The translations under genes were made by a program, and so were the position numbers. Positions 19,120-29,283 of a DNA stretch of 64,000 bases are shown here, in pieces; position 1 is the stretch's first letter; each line of letters opens with the position of its first letter. Under the pieces are notes generated by a model. It worked only from the letters and a program-made list of their open reading frames with translations, had not been told where the DNA came from and did not search any database. The stretch spans positions 800,001 to 864,000 of the forward strand of contig JBESAV010000001.1 of the NCBI GenBank assembly GCA_041242255.1, written 5' to 3'. The stretch is from Candidatus Altimarinota bacterium. GTDB lineage: Bacteria > Patescibacteriota > Gracilibacteria > UBA1369 > GCA-2718715.

Positions 19120-19428
19120 CTACAATTTCACCTTACCCCATAAGTATGACCTCCACTTAGTATACGCAATATGACTAAATTTCTCATCTAAGGCAAAACT
19201 AACCATATCTCTTACATAATTTTGAACACATAAGTACTCGTCAGCGTATAAGTCTAAAAAATCAAACAACTCTTCAAAAAACACTCCCTTAGGAAGCCTG
19301 GCAAGATACCTAACCTCATAATGGTTTAAGAAAGGGCCTAACTTATAATGTACAAGCTCAGATATATCTTCCTGACCAACATAAGACAGCAATCTATTTT
19401 TATATTCAATATTATAATCTAATACCAT
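19120..19428 (-). CDS. Hypothetical protein
   Basis: 102-aa ORF with upstream promoter motif. Confidence 0.6.
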   Translation of the reverse strand: MVLDYNIEYKNRLLSYVGQEDISELVHYKLGPFLNHYEVRYLARLPKGVFFEELFDFLDLYADEYLCVQNYVRDMVSFALDEKFSHIAYTKWRSYLWGKVKL

Positions 19429-19451
19429 AAATCAAATTATCAACACTTGAC

Positions 19452-19480
19452 AACATAAAACAAATTAAGATTAAGTCAAG
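19452..19480 (-). promoter_or_regulatory. Sigma70-like promoter CTTGACT-16bp-TATGTT
   Basis: -35 at 19479-19474 abuts the trxB stop at 19481; -10 at 19457-19452. Confidence 0.55.
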
Positions 19481-20413
19481 CTACCGCTCCAACTCATTAG
19501 TATTAGTAATATAATTATACGCCTGCACCGAAGCGTATACACCTTCAGCAGCACCTATTATTGCTTGCTTAAATTCGGCATCCGTTACGTCTCCAGCAGC
19601 ATAGAACCCTTCTATGTTCGTACGAGCCTCCCTATCAATCACCACCTCTCCCCTATCATTCACCTTAACTCCAACTTGCAAGGCTAACTCATTTCTTACG
19701 TTCCAACCAATAGCTACAAAAACACCATCAGCTTTCAACTCCCCTCCACCTTTCAATAAAACATGGGTAACTTTTTCACCATCACCTGCAATTTCAGACA
19801 CTTCAGTTTCATACATAATTTCAATTTTTTCATCAGCTTCAAGTTTCTTTAAGTTAGTTGGCTCTGCTCTCATGTGATCTTTTCTTACCAACACATAAAC
19901 CTTACTCACAAACTGAGTCAAAATCTTAGCATCAATCGCAGCCGTATCACCACCTCCAACTACGATCGCCACCTTATCTTTAAAAAATGCTCCATCACAC
20001 AAAGCACAATATGATACACCTTTATTAGCATATTCTTCCTCACCCGGAATACCTAGATGTTTATGTTTTGTTCCAGTGGCTAAGATGACAGTTTTAGAAA
20101 TATACTCATCCTCTCCTTTTATAACTCTGAAAAGATCTTTACCATCTTCATCTTTAAACTTTTCAACACTATCAACCTTTGAATAAACATATTCAGCTCC
20201 AGTTTCTTGAGCATGTTCCATGAATCTTTGTCCCATCTCAAACCCACCAATACTCTTAATACCTGGATAATTTTCAACCAAATGGGTTGTTGTTATCAAA
20301 CCACCTGGCTCTTCTGCAAATACAAGAACTTTTAAGTTGAATCTTGCCGAGTACATTGCCGCACTACTACCTGATACTCCACCACCAATCACAATTACGT
20401 CATAAAGATTCAT
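19481..20413 (-). CDS. trxB: Thioredoxin-disulfide reductase
   Basis: IGGGVSG, VENYPG, GVSYCALCDG, GGGDTA, YAAGDV. Confidence 0.93.
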   Translation of the reverse strand: MNLYDVIVIGGGVSGSSAAMYSARFNLKVLVFAEEPGGLITTTHLVENYPGIKSIGGFEMGQRFMEHAQETGAEYVYSKVDSVEKFKDEDGKDLFRVIKGEDEYISKTVILATGTKHKHLGIPGEEEYANKGVSYCALCDGAFFKDKVAIVVGGGDTAAIDAKILTQFVSKVYVLVRKDHMRAEPTNLKKLEADEKIEIMYETEVSEIAGDGEKVTHVLLKGGGELKADGVFVAIGWNVRNELALQVGVKVNDRGEVVIDREARTNIEGFYAAGDVTDAEFKQAIIGAAEGVYASVQAYNYITNTNELER

Positions 20414-20488
20414 CTTTTCTACTTAAATTTTAATAAATTTAGTCTAAAATTGGACCATCAGTTATTCAAGTGAAAATAAACTTCCAGA

Positions 20489-21475
20489 ATGTTCAAAAAA
20501 CTCAAAAACCTAAAAAAGCAAAGAAAACTCACCCCCAAAAAATCGATTGCCAGCATTTTAAATTCACATCATAAAACTAAAAAAACTCCACCACTTTTTA
20601 AAACTGCAAAAAACAAATCCGAAAAACTCAAAAACAAGCAATCAACAAAACTTCTCAAAATCAAAGACTCCATAAAAAGAATGGAAAAAACTAAAAAAGC
20701 ACTACAATTTGCTTTTTCTTTTGCCATCATGCTTGGTATTTTTTACCTCCTATTCCTATCCCCAATCTTTAAAATCCAGCAGATTCAGGTCTACCAAACT
20801 ATCTCCCAATCCAATCCAGACACCCCAGAAGAAACCATTTTCACAAAAGTACCTTTTGAAAATCAACAACTACAAGACCTCCTCAACCGATCAATTCTCA
20901 AAAACCTTATCCTTCTCAACACCGAGTCTCTCAAATCAACACTCAACCAAACTATAGTAAACCTTGAAGATCTAACAATAGATAAAAAATTCCCCAACAA
21001 ACTCATCATAGAATTCAAACAATTCGATCCAGTAGCAAATCTTGTAAACTTAGTTGGACCAAGCAAGATTCAAAAATTCTTCCTAATTGATGAAAACGGT
21101 CGAGTTACAAACGCAGGAGAACAAAGACCTGACTTACCAACAATACGAATACAAACAAACGAACAAGCAGAAACAAACAAAACAATCCTCAAACCAAATC
21201 AACTTTATTACGCCCTAGAAGCTCGTGACTATTTCACAGAAAACTTTGATTTAGAAATCCAAGACATAACTTATTTAGTAGAAGCTAGAGAAGTGCATCT
21301 ATATACTTCAAACCAAATCTCTATCTGGCTAGACGCACAAGAAAGTTACCAAGAACAACTAGATAAACTAGTCCAAGCCCTACCTAGACTAAACATTTAT
21401 GAAATCCCTTTGAATTACATAGATTTGAGAATAAAAAACAGCAACGGTCAAAAAATCATTTACAAAGAGAAATAA
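20489..21475 (+). CDS. ftsQ: FtsQ/DivIB-like cell division protein
   Basis: Basic N-tail, one TM, POTRA-like KKFPNKLII, FLIDENG, C-terminal YIDLR. Confidence 0.8.
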   Translation: MFKKLKNLKKQRKLTPKKSIASILNSHHKTKKTPPLFKTAKNKSEKLKNKQSTKLLKIKDSIKRMEKTKKALQFAFSFAIMLGIFYLLFLSPIFKIQQIQVYQTISQSNPDTPEETIFTKVPFENQQLQDLLNRSILKNLILLNTESLKSTLNQTIVNLEDLTIDKKFPNKLIIEFKQFDPVANLVNLVGPSKIQKFFLIDENGRVTNAGEQRPDLPTIRIQTNEQAETNKTILKPNQLYYALEARDYFTENFDLEIQDITYLVEAREVHLYTSNQISIWLDAQESYQEQLDKLVQALPRLNIYEIPLNYIDLRIKNSNGQKIIYKEK

Positions 21476-21507
21476 AATTGTATCATCCCTGACAGTAACC
21501 AAAAGAT

Positions 21508-22479
21508 ATGACTTTTAGATGGAAAGACCAAAAGAAACCAATGCTATGTTTAGCTCCAATGGAAGGCTACACAGACTCATCTTATCGACAACTCATTAAA
21601 ATGGTCTCACCTGAAACAATTTGTTTCACAGAATTCACTTCATCAGATGGACTTAAATATGGTAGTTCCAAAAGTTTTAAGAAAATGGAATTTAAAGAAA
21701 TAGAACGACCACTCATCGCTCAAATTTTTGGTAAAGAACCTGAGCATTTCGCTGAATGTGCCAAACTACTTACAGAAATGGGAGTTGATGCTATCGACAT
21801 AAACATGGGATGTCCATCAGGAAAAGTAGTTAACTCATGTCACGGCTCAGCACTATTTCAATACCCAGAACTTGCCCAAGAAATCGTCGCTGCAACTCAA
21901 GCTGCAACACACTTAGATGTTTCAGTTAAAATGCGTATTGGATTCAGCAAATTTGACCTACCAACTCTTCTAAAATTCACCAAAGGACTTGAAGAAGCCG
22001 GAGCAAAACACTTGGCCCTACACGGTAGAACCACAAAACAAAAATACACCGGTTCAGCTAACTGGGATCCAATTTACGAAGTCAAAAAACAAGCAAATGT
22101 ACCAGTAACAGGTAACGGTGACATCAAATCAATAGAAGATGTAAAACAAAAACTCCAAAACCTAGACGGTGTAATGGTAGGACGAGCTACCTTTGGAGAT
22201 CCATGGATAATGGCCGAAATATCAGCTTTTTTAAATGGAAAAGAGTATAAGCGACCAAAAGACTTCTCTGAAAAACTTCCTATGATCCTAAAGCAACTAG
22301 AATTAGCCTGCGAATTTAAAGGAGAAGATAAAGCAATGATCGAAATGCGTAAACATCTCGGTAACTACGTTGCAGGCTTCAAAAATGCTTCCAAATACAG
22401 GTTTGATCTTGTTCGAGTAAATTCTAAACAAGAAGCAATCGATATCTTACAAGAGATAGCAGAGATAAACCCAGAGTAG
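21508..22479 (+). CDS. dusB: tRNA-dihydrouridine synthase
   Basis: LAPMEG, IDINMGCP, SVKMRIG, HGRT, GNGDI, DGVMVGR. Confidence 0.9.
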   Translation: MTFRWKDQKKPMLCLAPMEGYTDSSYRQLIKMVSPETICFTEFTSSDGLKYGSSKSFKKMEFKEIERPLIAQIFGKEPEHFAECAKLLTEMGVDAIDINMGCPSGKVVNSCHGSALFQYPELAQEIVAATQAATHLDVSVKMRIGFSKFDLPTLLKFTKGLEEAGAKHLALHGRTTKQKYTGSANWDPIYEVKKQANVPVTGNGDIKSIEDVKQKLQNLDGVMVGRATFGDPWIMAEISAFLNGKEYKRPKDFSEKLPMILKQLELACEFKGEDKAMIEMRKHLGNYVAGFKNASKYRFDLVRVNSKQEAIDILQEIAEINPE

Positions 22480-22483
22480 TCAA

Positions 22484-22512
22484 CTTGACATATCTTAATG
22501 GGTATATATATT
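22484..22512 (+). promoter_or_regulatory. Sigma70-like promoter CTTGACA-16bp-TATATT
   Basis: -35 at 22485-22490 just after the dus stop; -10 at 22507-22512. Confidence 0.6.
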
Positions 22513-22535
22513 TACTCCATATTTAATAAATTTAT

Positions 22536-22769
22536 ATGGAAAATTTTAAAGGACTTGAAGAACAAACAAGCGATTTTACGACAGATACAGTTGAAATAGA
22601 GTCAGGAATGCTACAAGAATTACTACAAGCTTCAAGAAAAGCTATAGAATTCAATGTTTCACTACAATTTGATGAAAGCCCTGAAGGAAATTCATCTGTA
22701 ACAATTAAACCTACAAAAGAAGGAAGCCGCCTTAATGATTTCCTATCAACAGTTGGAGAACATAACTAG
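22536..22769 (+). CDS. Hypothetical small protein
   Basis: 77-aa ORF downstream of a consensus-like promoter. Confidence 0.6.
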   Translation: MENFKGLEEQTSDFTTDTVEIESGMLQELLQASRKAIEFNVSLQFDESPEGNSSVTIKPTKEGSRLNDFLSTVGEHN

Positions 22770-22842
22770 CCAAAAACAACATTTCGAGCTATAATAAGAA
22801 GATACTAAATATAAAAGTATCTTTTTATTTTAGAAAAACTCA

Positions 22843-23898
22843 ATGAAATTAGAAAAAATCTTCCAAACCGCAGTCAAATATGGAGCCTCAGATATCTACA
22901 TAAACGTTGGAGTAAAGCCAACTCTTCGTATCCACGGAAAACTTATCCCAATCGAAGAGCACCCAATACTCTCCAAGACTATGGCCGAAGATTACATTTC
23001 AGAACTAATGACCGATGAGCAAAGAAAAGAATTTGCCAAAAATCTCGACTTAGATTTTGGTTTAGAAGTTCCAGGTATAGCTCGTTTCAGGGTTAATGTG
23101 TTTATTCAGTCCAAAGGTATTGGTGGAGTATTTCGTATTATCCCAACTGAAGCTCAAACCATAAAAAACCTAAACCTTCCTTCTCAAATACAAAAAATCA
23201 CCGACTTCAAACAGGGTATAGTACTAGTAACAGGTCCAACCGGACAAGGTAAATCTAGTACACTAGCCAGCCTTATTCATGAAATCAATCTAAACAAAGC
23301 CTACCATATCATCACAATCGAAGACCCAATCGAGTTTATTCACTCAAACCAGAAATCCATCATTAACCAAAGAGAAGTTGGGTCTCATACAAAAAGCTTT
23401 AAAAACGCTTTAAGAGGAGCCCTACGTGAAGCCGTTGATGTTATTCTTATTGGTGAGTTAAGAGATTACGAAACAATCTCACTAGCCCTAACCGCAGCAG
23501 AAACTGGACATTTAGTTTTATCTACACTTCATACATCTGGTGCAGCCAAATCTGTAGATAGGATCATTGATTCATTCCCAAGTGACCAACAAAATCAGGT
23601 CAGAAACCAACTTTCAGAAAGTTTAAAAGCAGTTTTATGGCAACAGCTTCTTCCAAAAGCAGATGGTTCAGGACGAGTACCGGCCTTAGAAATTCTTTTC
23701 AACAACAACGCTGTAGCAAATCTAATACGTAAAAACAAAACATATCAAATCCAATCAGTCCTAGAAACAAGCATGAAAGATGGAATGCAAACAATGGAAT
23801 CAGCCATCACAGACTTATCTGACAGAGGATTCATCACACAAGAAACAGCCAGAAATTACCTACAAGGACTTTTCGGATCAAAACTTTCCGACCAATAA
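22843..23898 (+). CDS. pilT: Type IV pilus retraction ATPase
   Basis: GPTGQGKS, TIEDPIE, IGELRD, AAETGHLVLSTLH, ANLIR. Confidence 0.93.
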   Translation: MKLEKIFQTAVKYGASDIYINVGVKPTLRIHGKLIPIEEHPILSKTMAEDYISELMTDEQRKEFAKNLDLDFGLEVPGIARFRVNVFIQSKGIGGVFRIIPTEAQTIKNLNLPSQIQKITDFKQGIVLVTGPTGQGKSSTLASLIHEINLNKAYHIITIEDPIEFIHSNQKSIINQREVGSHTKSFKNALRGALREAVDVILIGELRDYETISLALTAAETGHLVLSTLHTSGAAKSVDRIIDSFPSDQQNQVRNQLSESLKAVLWQQLLPKADGSGRVPALEILFNNNAVANLIRKNKTYQIQSVLETSMKDGMQTMESAITDLSDRGFITQETARNYLQGLFGSKLSDQ

Positions 23899-23927
23899 AA
23901 AAGCACCAGCCTAAGCTGATGCTTTAT
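23897..23927. terminator. Bidirectional terminator between pilT and rplY
   Basis: AAAGCACCAGC-ctaa-GCTGATGCTTT flanked by A and T runs. Confidence 0.65.
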
Positions 23928-23947
23928 ATTTCTAAACTAGCTTTAGA

Positions 23948-24643
23948 TTATTCTGAATCTTCTGATTTACCTTCACTAGATTCTTTACCTTCAGCTCCCT
24001 CAGCACCTTCTTCACCTTCCTCTACTCCAACAGCTGCTTCTAGAGCTTGTCTTTCAAGTTCTTCAGGAGAAAGAAGATCTTCTGGTTCTTCTTCAGCTCT
24101 AGGGGCTGTAACAGTAGCAATTGTTAATTCCATTTCAGTTACAATTTCAACATTTTCTGGAACAGAAAGATCTGATACATGTAATACCGCATTGAAATCA
24201 TCAAGTTTTGAAATATCAACTTCTATATGATGTGGTAGATTTGCAGGAAGAGCTTCCACTTCAACCTCAGTCATAGTTTTGTTAAGGATACCACCCATAT
24301 CGATTACTGCAGGTGACTTACCAACAAACTCTAATGGAATCGGAGCAACAACTAACTTGTTCATATCTACAAATTTGAAATCAACATGCTCTACAAATCC
24401 AGTCAAAGGATGTAATTGCATATCTTGTACAAGTACGTTTTCAGTCTTACCATCGATAGTCAGATCAATTACTGCATTCTCACCAGCTTGTCTGTAAGCT
24501 TTCAAAAATTCGTTGTGTTTAACAACCACAACAACATTTTCTTTTTCTGGACCATAACAAACAGATGGTACCAACCCTTCACTTCTTGCAACGTCATTTC
24601 TCATATCACCTTTCAGTTGGGCTTCTAAAACAATTTTTGCCAT
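23948..24643 (-). CDS. rplY: 50S ribosomal protein L25 (Ctc form)
   Basis: GLVPSVCYG, QLHPLTG..HVDF, LPANLPHHIEVDIS; start placed at MAKIVLEA. Confidence 0.92.
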   Translation of the reverse strand: MAKIVLEAQLKGDMRNDVARSEGLVPSVCYGPEKENVVVVVKHNEFLKAYRQAGENAVIDLTIDGKTENVLVQDMQLHPLTGFVEHVDFKFVDMNKLVVAPIPLEFVGKSPAVIDMGGILNKTMTEVEVEALPANLPHHIEVDISKLDDFNAVLHVSDLSVPENVEIVTEMELTIATVTAPRAEEEPEDLLSPEELERQALEAAVGVEEGEEGAEGAEGKESSEGKSEDSE

Positions 24644-24748
24644 TATAAATAATCTTAAACATATATTTGTCGGAAATATACAAAACACAGGCTTGAAAAG
24701 CAAGTAAAAACTGCCTATGATGGCCTAGTAAAAAATAACCAAATCAAA

Positions 24749-25051
24749 ATGAGTGCATTCGGAGACATGAAAAATGTAATGAAACTTAGAAAAGAAGCTA
24801 AAGCAATTCAAAAAAAATTAAAGACAATTCACGTTGAAGCTGAAGAAGGTGATATAGTTGTAACAATTAGTGCAGAACAAGAAGTAGTAAAAGTTGATAT
24901 CAACAATGATTCACTAGACTCAAAACTAAAGTCAACAATGGAAGAAAACATGAAAAAAGCCTTCAATAAAGGAATCAAAAAATCACAAGAAATCGCAGCA
25001 GAAAACATGAAAGGATTGCTTGGACAACTAGGTGGTGGACTCGGAGAATAA
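24749..25051 (+). CDS. ybaB: YbaB/EbfC nucleoid-associated protein
   Basis: AKAIQKKL..VEAEEGDIVVTISAEQEVVKVDI..AFNKGIKK. Confidence 0.85.
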   Translation: MSAFGDMKNVMKLRKEAKAIQKKLKTIHVEAEEGDIVVTISAEQEVVKVDINNDSLDSKLKSTMEENMKKAFNKGIKKSQEIAAENMKGLLGQLGGGLGE

Positions 25052-25081
25052 ACTAGAATATTTCCAGATAAGATATAAACT

Positions 25082-25108
25082 AAACCTGTAAATAATTACA
25101 GGTTTTTT
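25082..25108 (+). terminator. Hairpin/terminator after ybaB
   Basis: AAACCTGTAA-ataa-TTACAGGTTTTTT. Confidence 0.6.
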
Positions 25109-25109
25109 C

Positions 25110-26150
25110 ATGAACTACTATTATCACGACACACCTACAAAGAAAAAAAGAAACAAAAAATCACCTATAAACACAAAGGTGATCATAGCTATCTTTACTA
25201 TATTAGTTTTTGTTTTAAGCATAAAAGCCTGCTCCAACTCTCAATCCGAAGAAGTTACATTTTTAATTTCCAATGGAGAATCAATTCAATCAATAACAGA
25301 CCGGCTTATAGAAGAAGACATTATATCTTCAAGTTTCTTATTTAAAAACTACCTAAGCTCCAACAACCTTGATACCCAAATTCAAGCTGGATCATTTACC
25401 CTGCAAACAAACTCAAACCCCTCTCAAGTTGCAAGCATACTGACAGACTCAAGCCAAGCTAACCAAATGAGAGTCACAATTCCCGAAGGGTACAAAATAA
25501 GCCAAATTGACGAAACTCTCACTCAACTTGGACTTATAGAAGAAGGACAATTTACAAATTTCACCAGAAATTACCAGCAAGATCACCCTATACAAGACTT
25601 ATTGCCTAACGGAAAAAACTCCCTAGAAGGATTTTTATACCCAGATACATATTTTGTAGATCCAGCCACCTTCCAAATATCCACCTTCACTGAAAACATG
25701 CTCAATAACTTCCTAAGTAAACTTCCTGCCGATTACGAAACACAGATAAACAAAACTCCAGCAAATAATCTATACGAGCTCATAACAATGGCCTCGATTG
25801 TCGAACGTGAAGTTCTCTCACCAACCGATAAAGCCACAGTAGCCGGACTTCTTTGGAAAAGACTTGAAAGTGGTTGGCGTATAGATGCAGATGCTGCACT
25901 CTTATATGATCAAGATGACAACATTATTACTCAAACAGATCTTCAAAGTGATTCACCTTACAACCTTAGAAAATTCCAAGGACTCACCCCAACTCCAATT
26001 TCAAATCCAAGCCTAGAAACGATCCAAGCAACTTTAAACCCAATCGACTCAGACTACTGGTTCTACCTAACCACAATAGACACAGGAGAGGTTATATATT
26101 CAAGAACACTTGAAGAACACAATGCAAACGTTCAAAGATATTTACGATAA
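25110..26150 (+). CDS. mltG: Endolytic transglycosylase MltG
   Basis: VTIPEG, LEGFLYPDTY, MASIVERE, SPYN..GLTPTPISNP, FYL. Confidence 0.92.
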   Translation: MNYYYHDTPTKKKRNKKSPINTKVIIAIFTILVFVLSIKACSNSQSEEVTFLISNGESIQSITDRLIEEDIISSSFLFKNYLSSNNLDTQIQAGSFTLQTNSNPSQVASILTDSSQANQMRVTIPEGYKISQIDETLTQLGLIEEGQFTNFTRNYQQDHPIQDLLPNGKNSLEGFLYPDTYFVDPATFQISTFTENMLNNFLSKLPADYETQINKTPANNLYELITMASIVEREVLSPTDKATVAGLLWKRLESGWRIDADAALLYDQDDNIITQTDLQSDSPYNLRKFQGLTPTPISNPSLETIQATLNPIDSDYWFYLTTIDTGEVIYSRTLEEHNANVQRYLR

Positions 26151-27746
26151 TTATTCTTGGTAATCATATTCAATATTGAACTCTACAACAGAACTTCTGT
26201 TACCATTTCTATCTACTCCAAATATCTGTAATCTATTATTCCCCTGTTCAACATTATTAAATCCTGGAGAGAGTATATACCTAAACTCACCACTAAACGG
26301 CTCATAAAGATCAAGTGTAAATCCATTCACCACAACTTCCTCAGCCCACGTCCCAATACTACCTTGGATCACTCCTTTTCTTTCATCCAAAACATATCCT
26401 TCGAAGTACTCAACATCATTTACACTAACAATACTAGCTAAAGGAGACAACTCACCATCAACCTCAAAAGAATCAACAGCTGGTGCATCTTCTGTTTCTT
26501 CAACCACTTCTTCTTCAGCAGGCACAAATTCTATCGTCAACCTTGTTGGCAGAGACTCCTGACCTCTTTCATCAATTGCAATAGCTTCATAAATATTCTC
26601 ACCTTCTACTAGATTACCAGTAGGCGGATCGTATGCCGCTCGATATAGGAACTCCCTATCCCCTTCAGTAAACCCTTTTAAAACATACTCAGTTGGACGA
26701 TTAGGCCCATTTTCATAACTAACAATCATCACATTTGAAGTATTTGCTGGAACAGTTCCCCTGATATCAATAATATCGTCACCAACACCTTGCACAACTT
26801 CCCCATTCTCATGTGAGGTAAACACTGGTTGTATAGCTGGATCAACTCCATCTTCTGTTTCTTCGATAAATTCTCCATTTAAATCCTCATCAAACAAAAT
26901 TGAAGCATCTTCACTAGAGGCACTTGGGTCTATCACTAAGCTATCATTGTAACCATAAGAAGGATTCAAATCCTCTTCAATATTCCATTTATACCACTGA
27001 CTTAATTGAAATCTCTTATCTATCTCAGTAACTAACTCGACGTCTTCTCCATTAACAATATCTTCAAAGTTTGTACTTGTAAGTTGAACTTGTTGCCCAG
27101 CAGCTAGCTGATATTGGTTCAAGACTGTTTCACCATCTTTCAAATCCAAATTAACCACACCGGACATTACCCTAGCATATTCGGGTAAATTAGATGTTAG
27201 TGCTACACGAGCATTATTTAAACGAGCTCCAAAATATTTTGTAGATACATTAAGTTCAGTATTCCCCACAATAACTTGCGGAGTATTAACCCACACATTA
27301 CCCGTCCTAACATTTAAAGTAATAGTGCTATCATCACCGGTCTTTTCCAGCCTTTCAAAGTCAACAACAGTACTCTCATCTAACCTAATTTGAGTCCCTT
27401 CAAATAAGCTCACCACAGCCCTAGAATCATTCATAGTTCTTATCGTATCGCTCTCCCATAACCTTTGCCCGGATGAAACACTCGCATATTCATTAGAAGA
27501 CGCAGCAGAAATCTGCACATCTCCTGTCACTACATGCACTTCTGCTAACTCCTCAATCTGAGAAGACTGAATAGCATTTAATGCAAACATAAACCCTCTT
27601 ATCAGAAGTAGAACAACACACACTAAAGCCACCACCCCAAAGAGTACCTTTGCCATCTTCATATTTCTTGGAGATTTACTTACCCCAGTAGTTTTACCCG
27701 GACGGTATCTTCGCTTTCTACCTCTATAAAATAAGTTATCGTTCAT
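26151..27746 (-). CDS. Membrane-anchored FecR-domain protein with two C-terminal Ig-like repeats
   Basis: One TM; DTIRT..SRAVVSLFEGTQIRLDEST; two similar C-terminal beta repeats (GNLVEGENIY..AIDERG / NNVEQGNNRL..GVDRNG). Confidence 0.7.
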   Translation of the reverse strand: MNDNLFYRGRKRRYRPGKTTGVSKSPRNMKMAKVLFGVVALVCVVLLLIRGFMFALNAIQSSQIEELAEVHVVTGDVQISAASSNEYASVSSGQRLWESDTIRTMNDSRAVVSLFEGTQIRLDESTVVDFERLEKTGDDSTITLNVRTGNVWVNTPQVIVGNTELNVSTKYFGARLNNARVALTSNLPEYARVMSGVVNLDLKDGETVLNQYQLAAGQQVQLTSTNFEDIVNGEDVELVTEIDKRFQLSQWYKWNIEEDLNPSYGYNDSLVIDPSASSEDASILFDEDLNGEFIEETEDGVDPAIQPVFTSHENGEVVQGVGDDIIDIRGTVPANTSNVMIVSYENGPNRPTEYVLKGFTEGDREFLYRAAYDPPTGNLVEGENIYEAIAIDERGQESLPTRLTIEFVPAEEEVVEETEDAPAVDSFEVDGELSPLASIVSVNDVEYFEGYVLDERKGVIQGSIGTWAEEVVVNGFTLDLYEPFSGEFRYILSPGFNNVEQGNNRLQIFGVDRNGNRSSVVEFNIEYDYQE

Positions 27747-27747
27747 A

Positions 27748-29226
27748 TTATAAACCTATAGCTTGCTTAATATCATTTATCTCATTTTGGAGATTCTGAT
27801 CTTTCTTTAACATTTTCTTAACCTTACTGCAAGCATGCATTGCAGTTGTATGATTCCTTCCACCAAATTCCGAACCAATTTTTTCGTAAGAATAATTAAA
27901 ATCCTTCCTCAAAATATACATTCCAACCTGTCTAGGAATCATAATATCCCTAGATCTTCTATCACCAGTTAAATCGTATTTAGTTAAATTATAATACTTA
28001 GCAACTAAATCAACTACATCCTCACCTGAAGTATGTCTCTTAATAGCCTCAGTTCCAGATGCATTTAATTGATCCTTAGAAGTGACCAACTCCATTTTTC
28101 CAAGCTTTTTCAATATTGCCGAAACCGTCTCCATACTTGGAACCTTACCTTCAAGCTTAGCAAATGCTGCCACTTGGACTAAAACACCTTCTAACTCTCT
28201 GATACTACTTTGTACATTCAAAGCAATAAAATCCAAAATATCAGCAGGAATTTCCACATCCAACTCTCTACTTTTCTCGATCAAAATAGCAAGACAAGTT
28301 TCATAATCAGGAAAACTAACATCTACAATCATACCCATCTCAAATCTACTCACAAGTCTATCCTCTAATCCCTCAAGCTCTTTTGGCGGTTTATCCGAAC
28401 TAATAATGATCTGCTTATTTTCATGATATAACTCATTAAAAGTATGAAAAAACTCCTCCTGAGTTCTAGACTTATCAGCTAAGAACTGAATGTCATCAAT
28501 TATAATACAATCAACTTTTCTGTACTTATTTCTAAAACTTTTCACATTATTTTTCTGAATCGCTTCAACTATTTCATTCGTAAATTTCTCTGCTGTAATA
28601 TAAACCACTGTTGAACTAGGGAAGTTTTTCAATATTCCATTACCCGAAGCTTGCAAAAGATGAGTCTTACCTAAACCAACATCTCCATATATAAACAGTG
28701 GATTATAAGCCAAACCTGGCCTATCAGCTACTGCTGAAGCAGCAGCATGAGCTAATCTATTATTAGACCCAACCACAAAACTATCCAAAGTATACTTAGG
28801 ATTCAAAGTCTTAGAACCATAGCTCTGTACTGTTTGATATTCTGAAATAGAAGCATTCATTAGATTCACCTTATCTTTCTTTTTTCTTCTAGATGAAGGC
28901 ATAGCTTTCTTTGGAGCTTGGTCATCTGAACTAAACATTTCTCTTAAATCAACTCCATCACCATCTTCAGTCGATAAAGAATCATCAATCCTAAATTCAA
29001 ATGATTCAACTTTTTCACCAACAGTAGCAAAAGCATCTTTCAAAACATCAATATATCTCTTCTGAAACCAGTCCTTTACAAACATACTCGGTACACCAAT
29101 CACCCAAACACCATTATTGTTTTCAAGTACAGTTGTACCCTGAAACCACACGAAAAAATCAGCCTTCTTAATTTTCTCATATAGAAAGTGTAAAACTTTA
29201 TACCAGACATCGTTGTGTTCACTCAT
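27748..29226 (-). CDS. dnaA: Chromosomal replication initiator DnaA
   Basis: YNPLFIYGDVGLGKTHL, IDDIQF, QEEFFHTFN, IRELEG, FGGRNHTT. Confidence 0.97.
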   Translation of the reverse strand: MSEHNDVWYKVLHFLYEKIKKADFFVWFQGTTVLENNNGVWVIGVPSMFVKDWFQKRYIDVLKDAFATVGEKVESFEFRIDDSLSTEDGDGVDLREMFSSDDQAPKKAMPSSRRKKKDKVNLMNASISEYQTVQSYGSKTLNPKYTLDSFVVGSNNRLAHAAASAVADRPGLAYNPLFIYGDVGLGKTHLLQASGNGILKNFPSSTVVYITAEKFTNEIVEAIQKNNVKSFRNKYRKVDCIIIDDIQFLADKSRTQEEFFHTFNELYHENKQIIISSDKPPKELEGLEDRLVSRFEMGMIVDVSFPDYETCLAILIEKSRELDVEIPADILDFIALNVQSSIRELEGVLVQVAAFAKLEGKVPSMETVSAILKKLGKMELVTSKDQLNASGTEAIKRHTSGEDVVDLVAKYYNLTKYDLTGDRRSRDIMIPRQVGMYILRKDFNYSYEKIGSEFGGRNHTTAMHACSKVKKMLKKDQNLQNEINDIKQAIGL

Positions 29227-29283
29227 CAAATAAAGTTAAGGACTTTAATATAGCAAAATAATTTTGTCACATCTAGAAAATTC

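Noticed and set aside
5570-19428. High acidity of the orphan proteins as DNA mimicry (Ocr/anti-CRISPR-like)
   Set aside because: Core minus-strand proteins are similarly D/E/V-rich, so strand bias explains much of it
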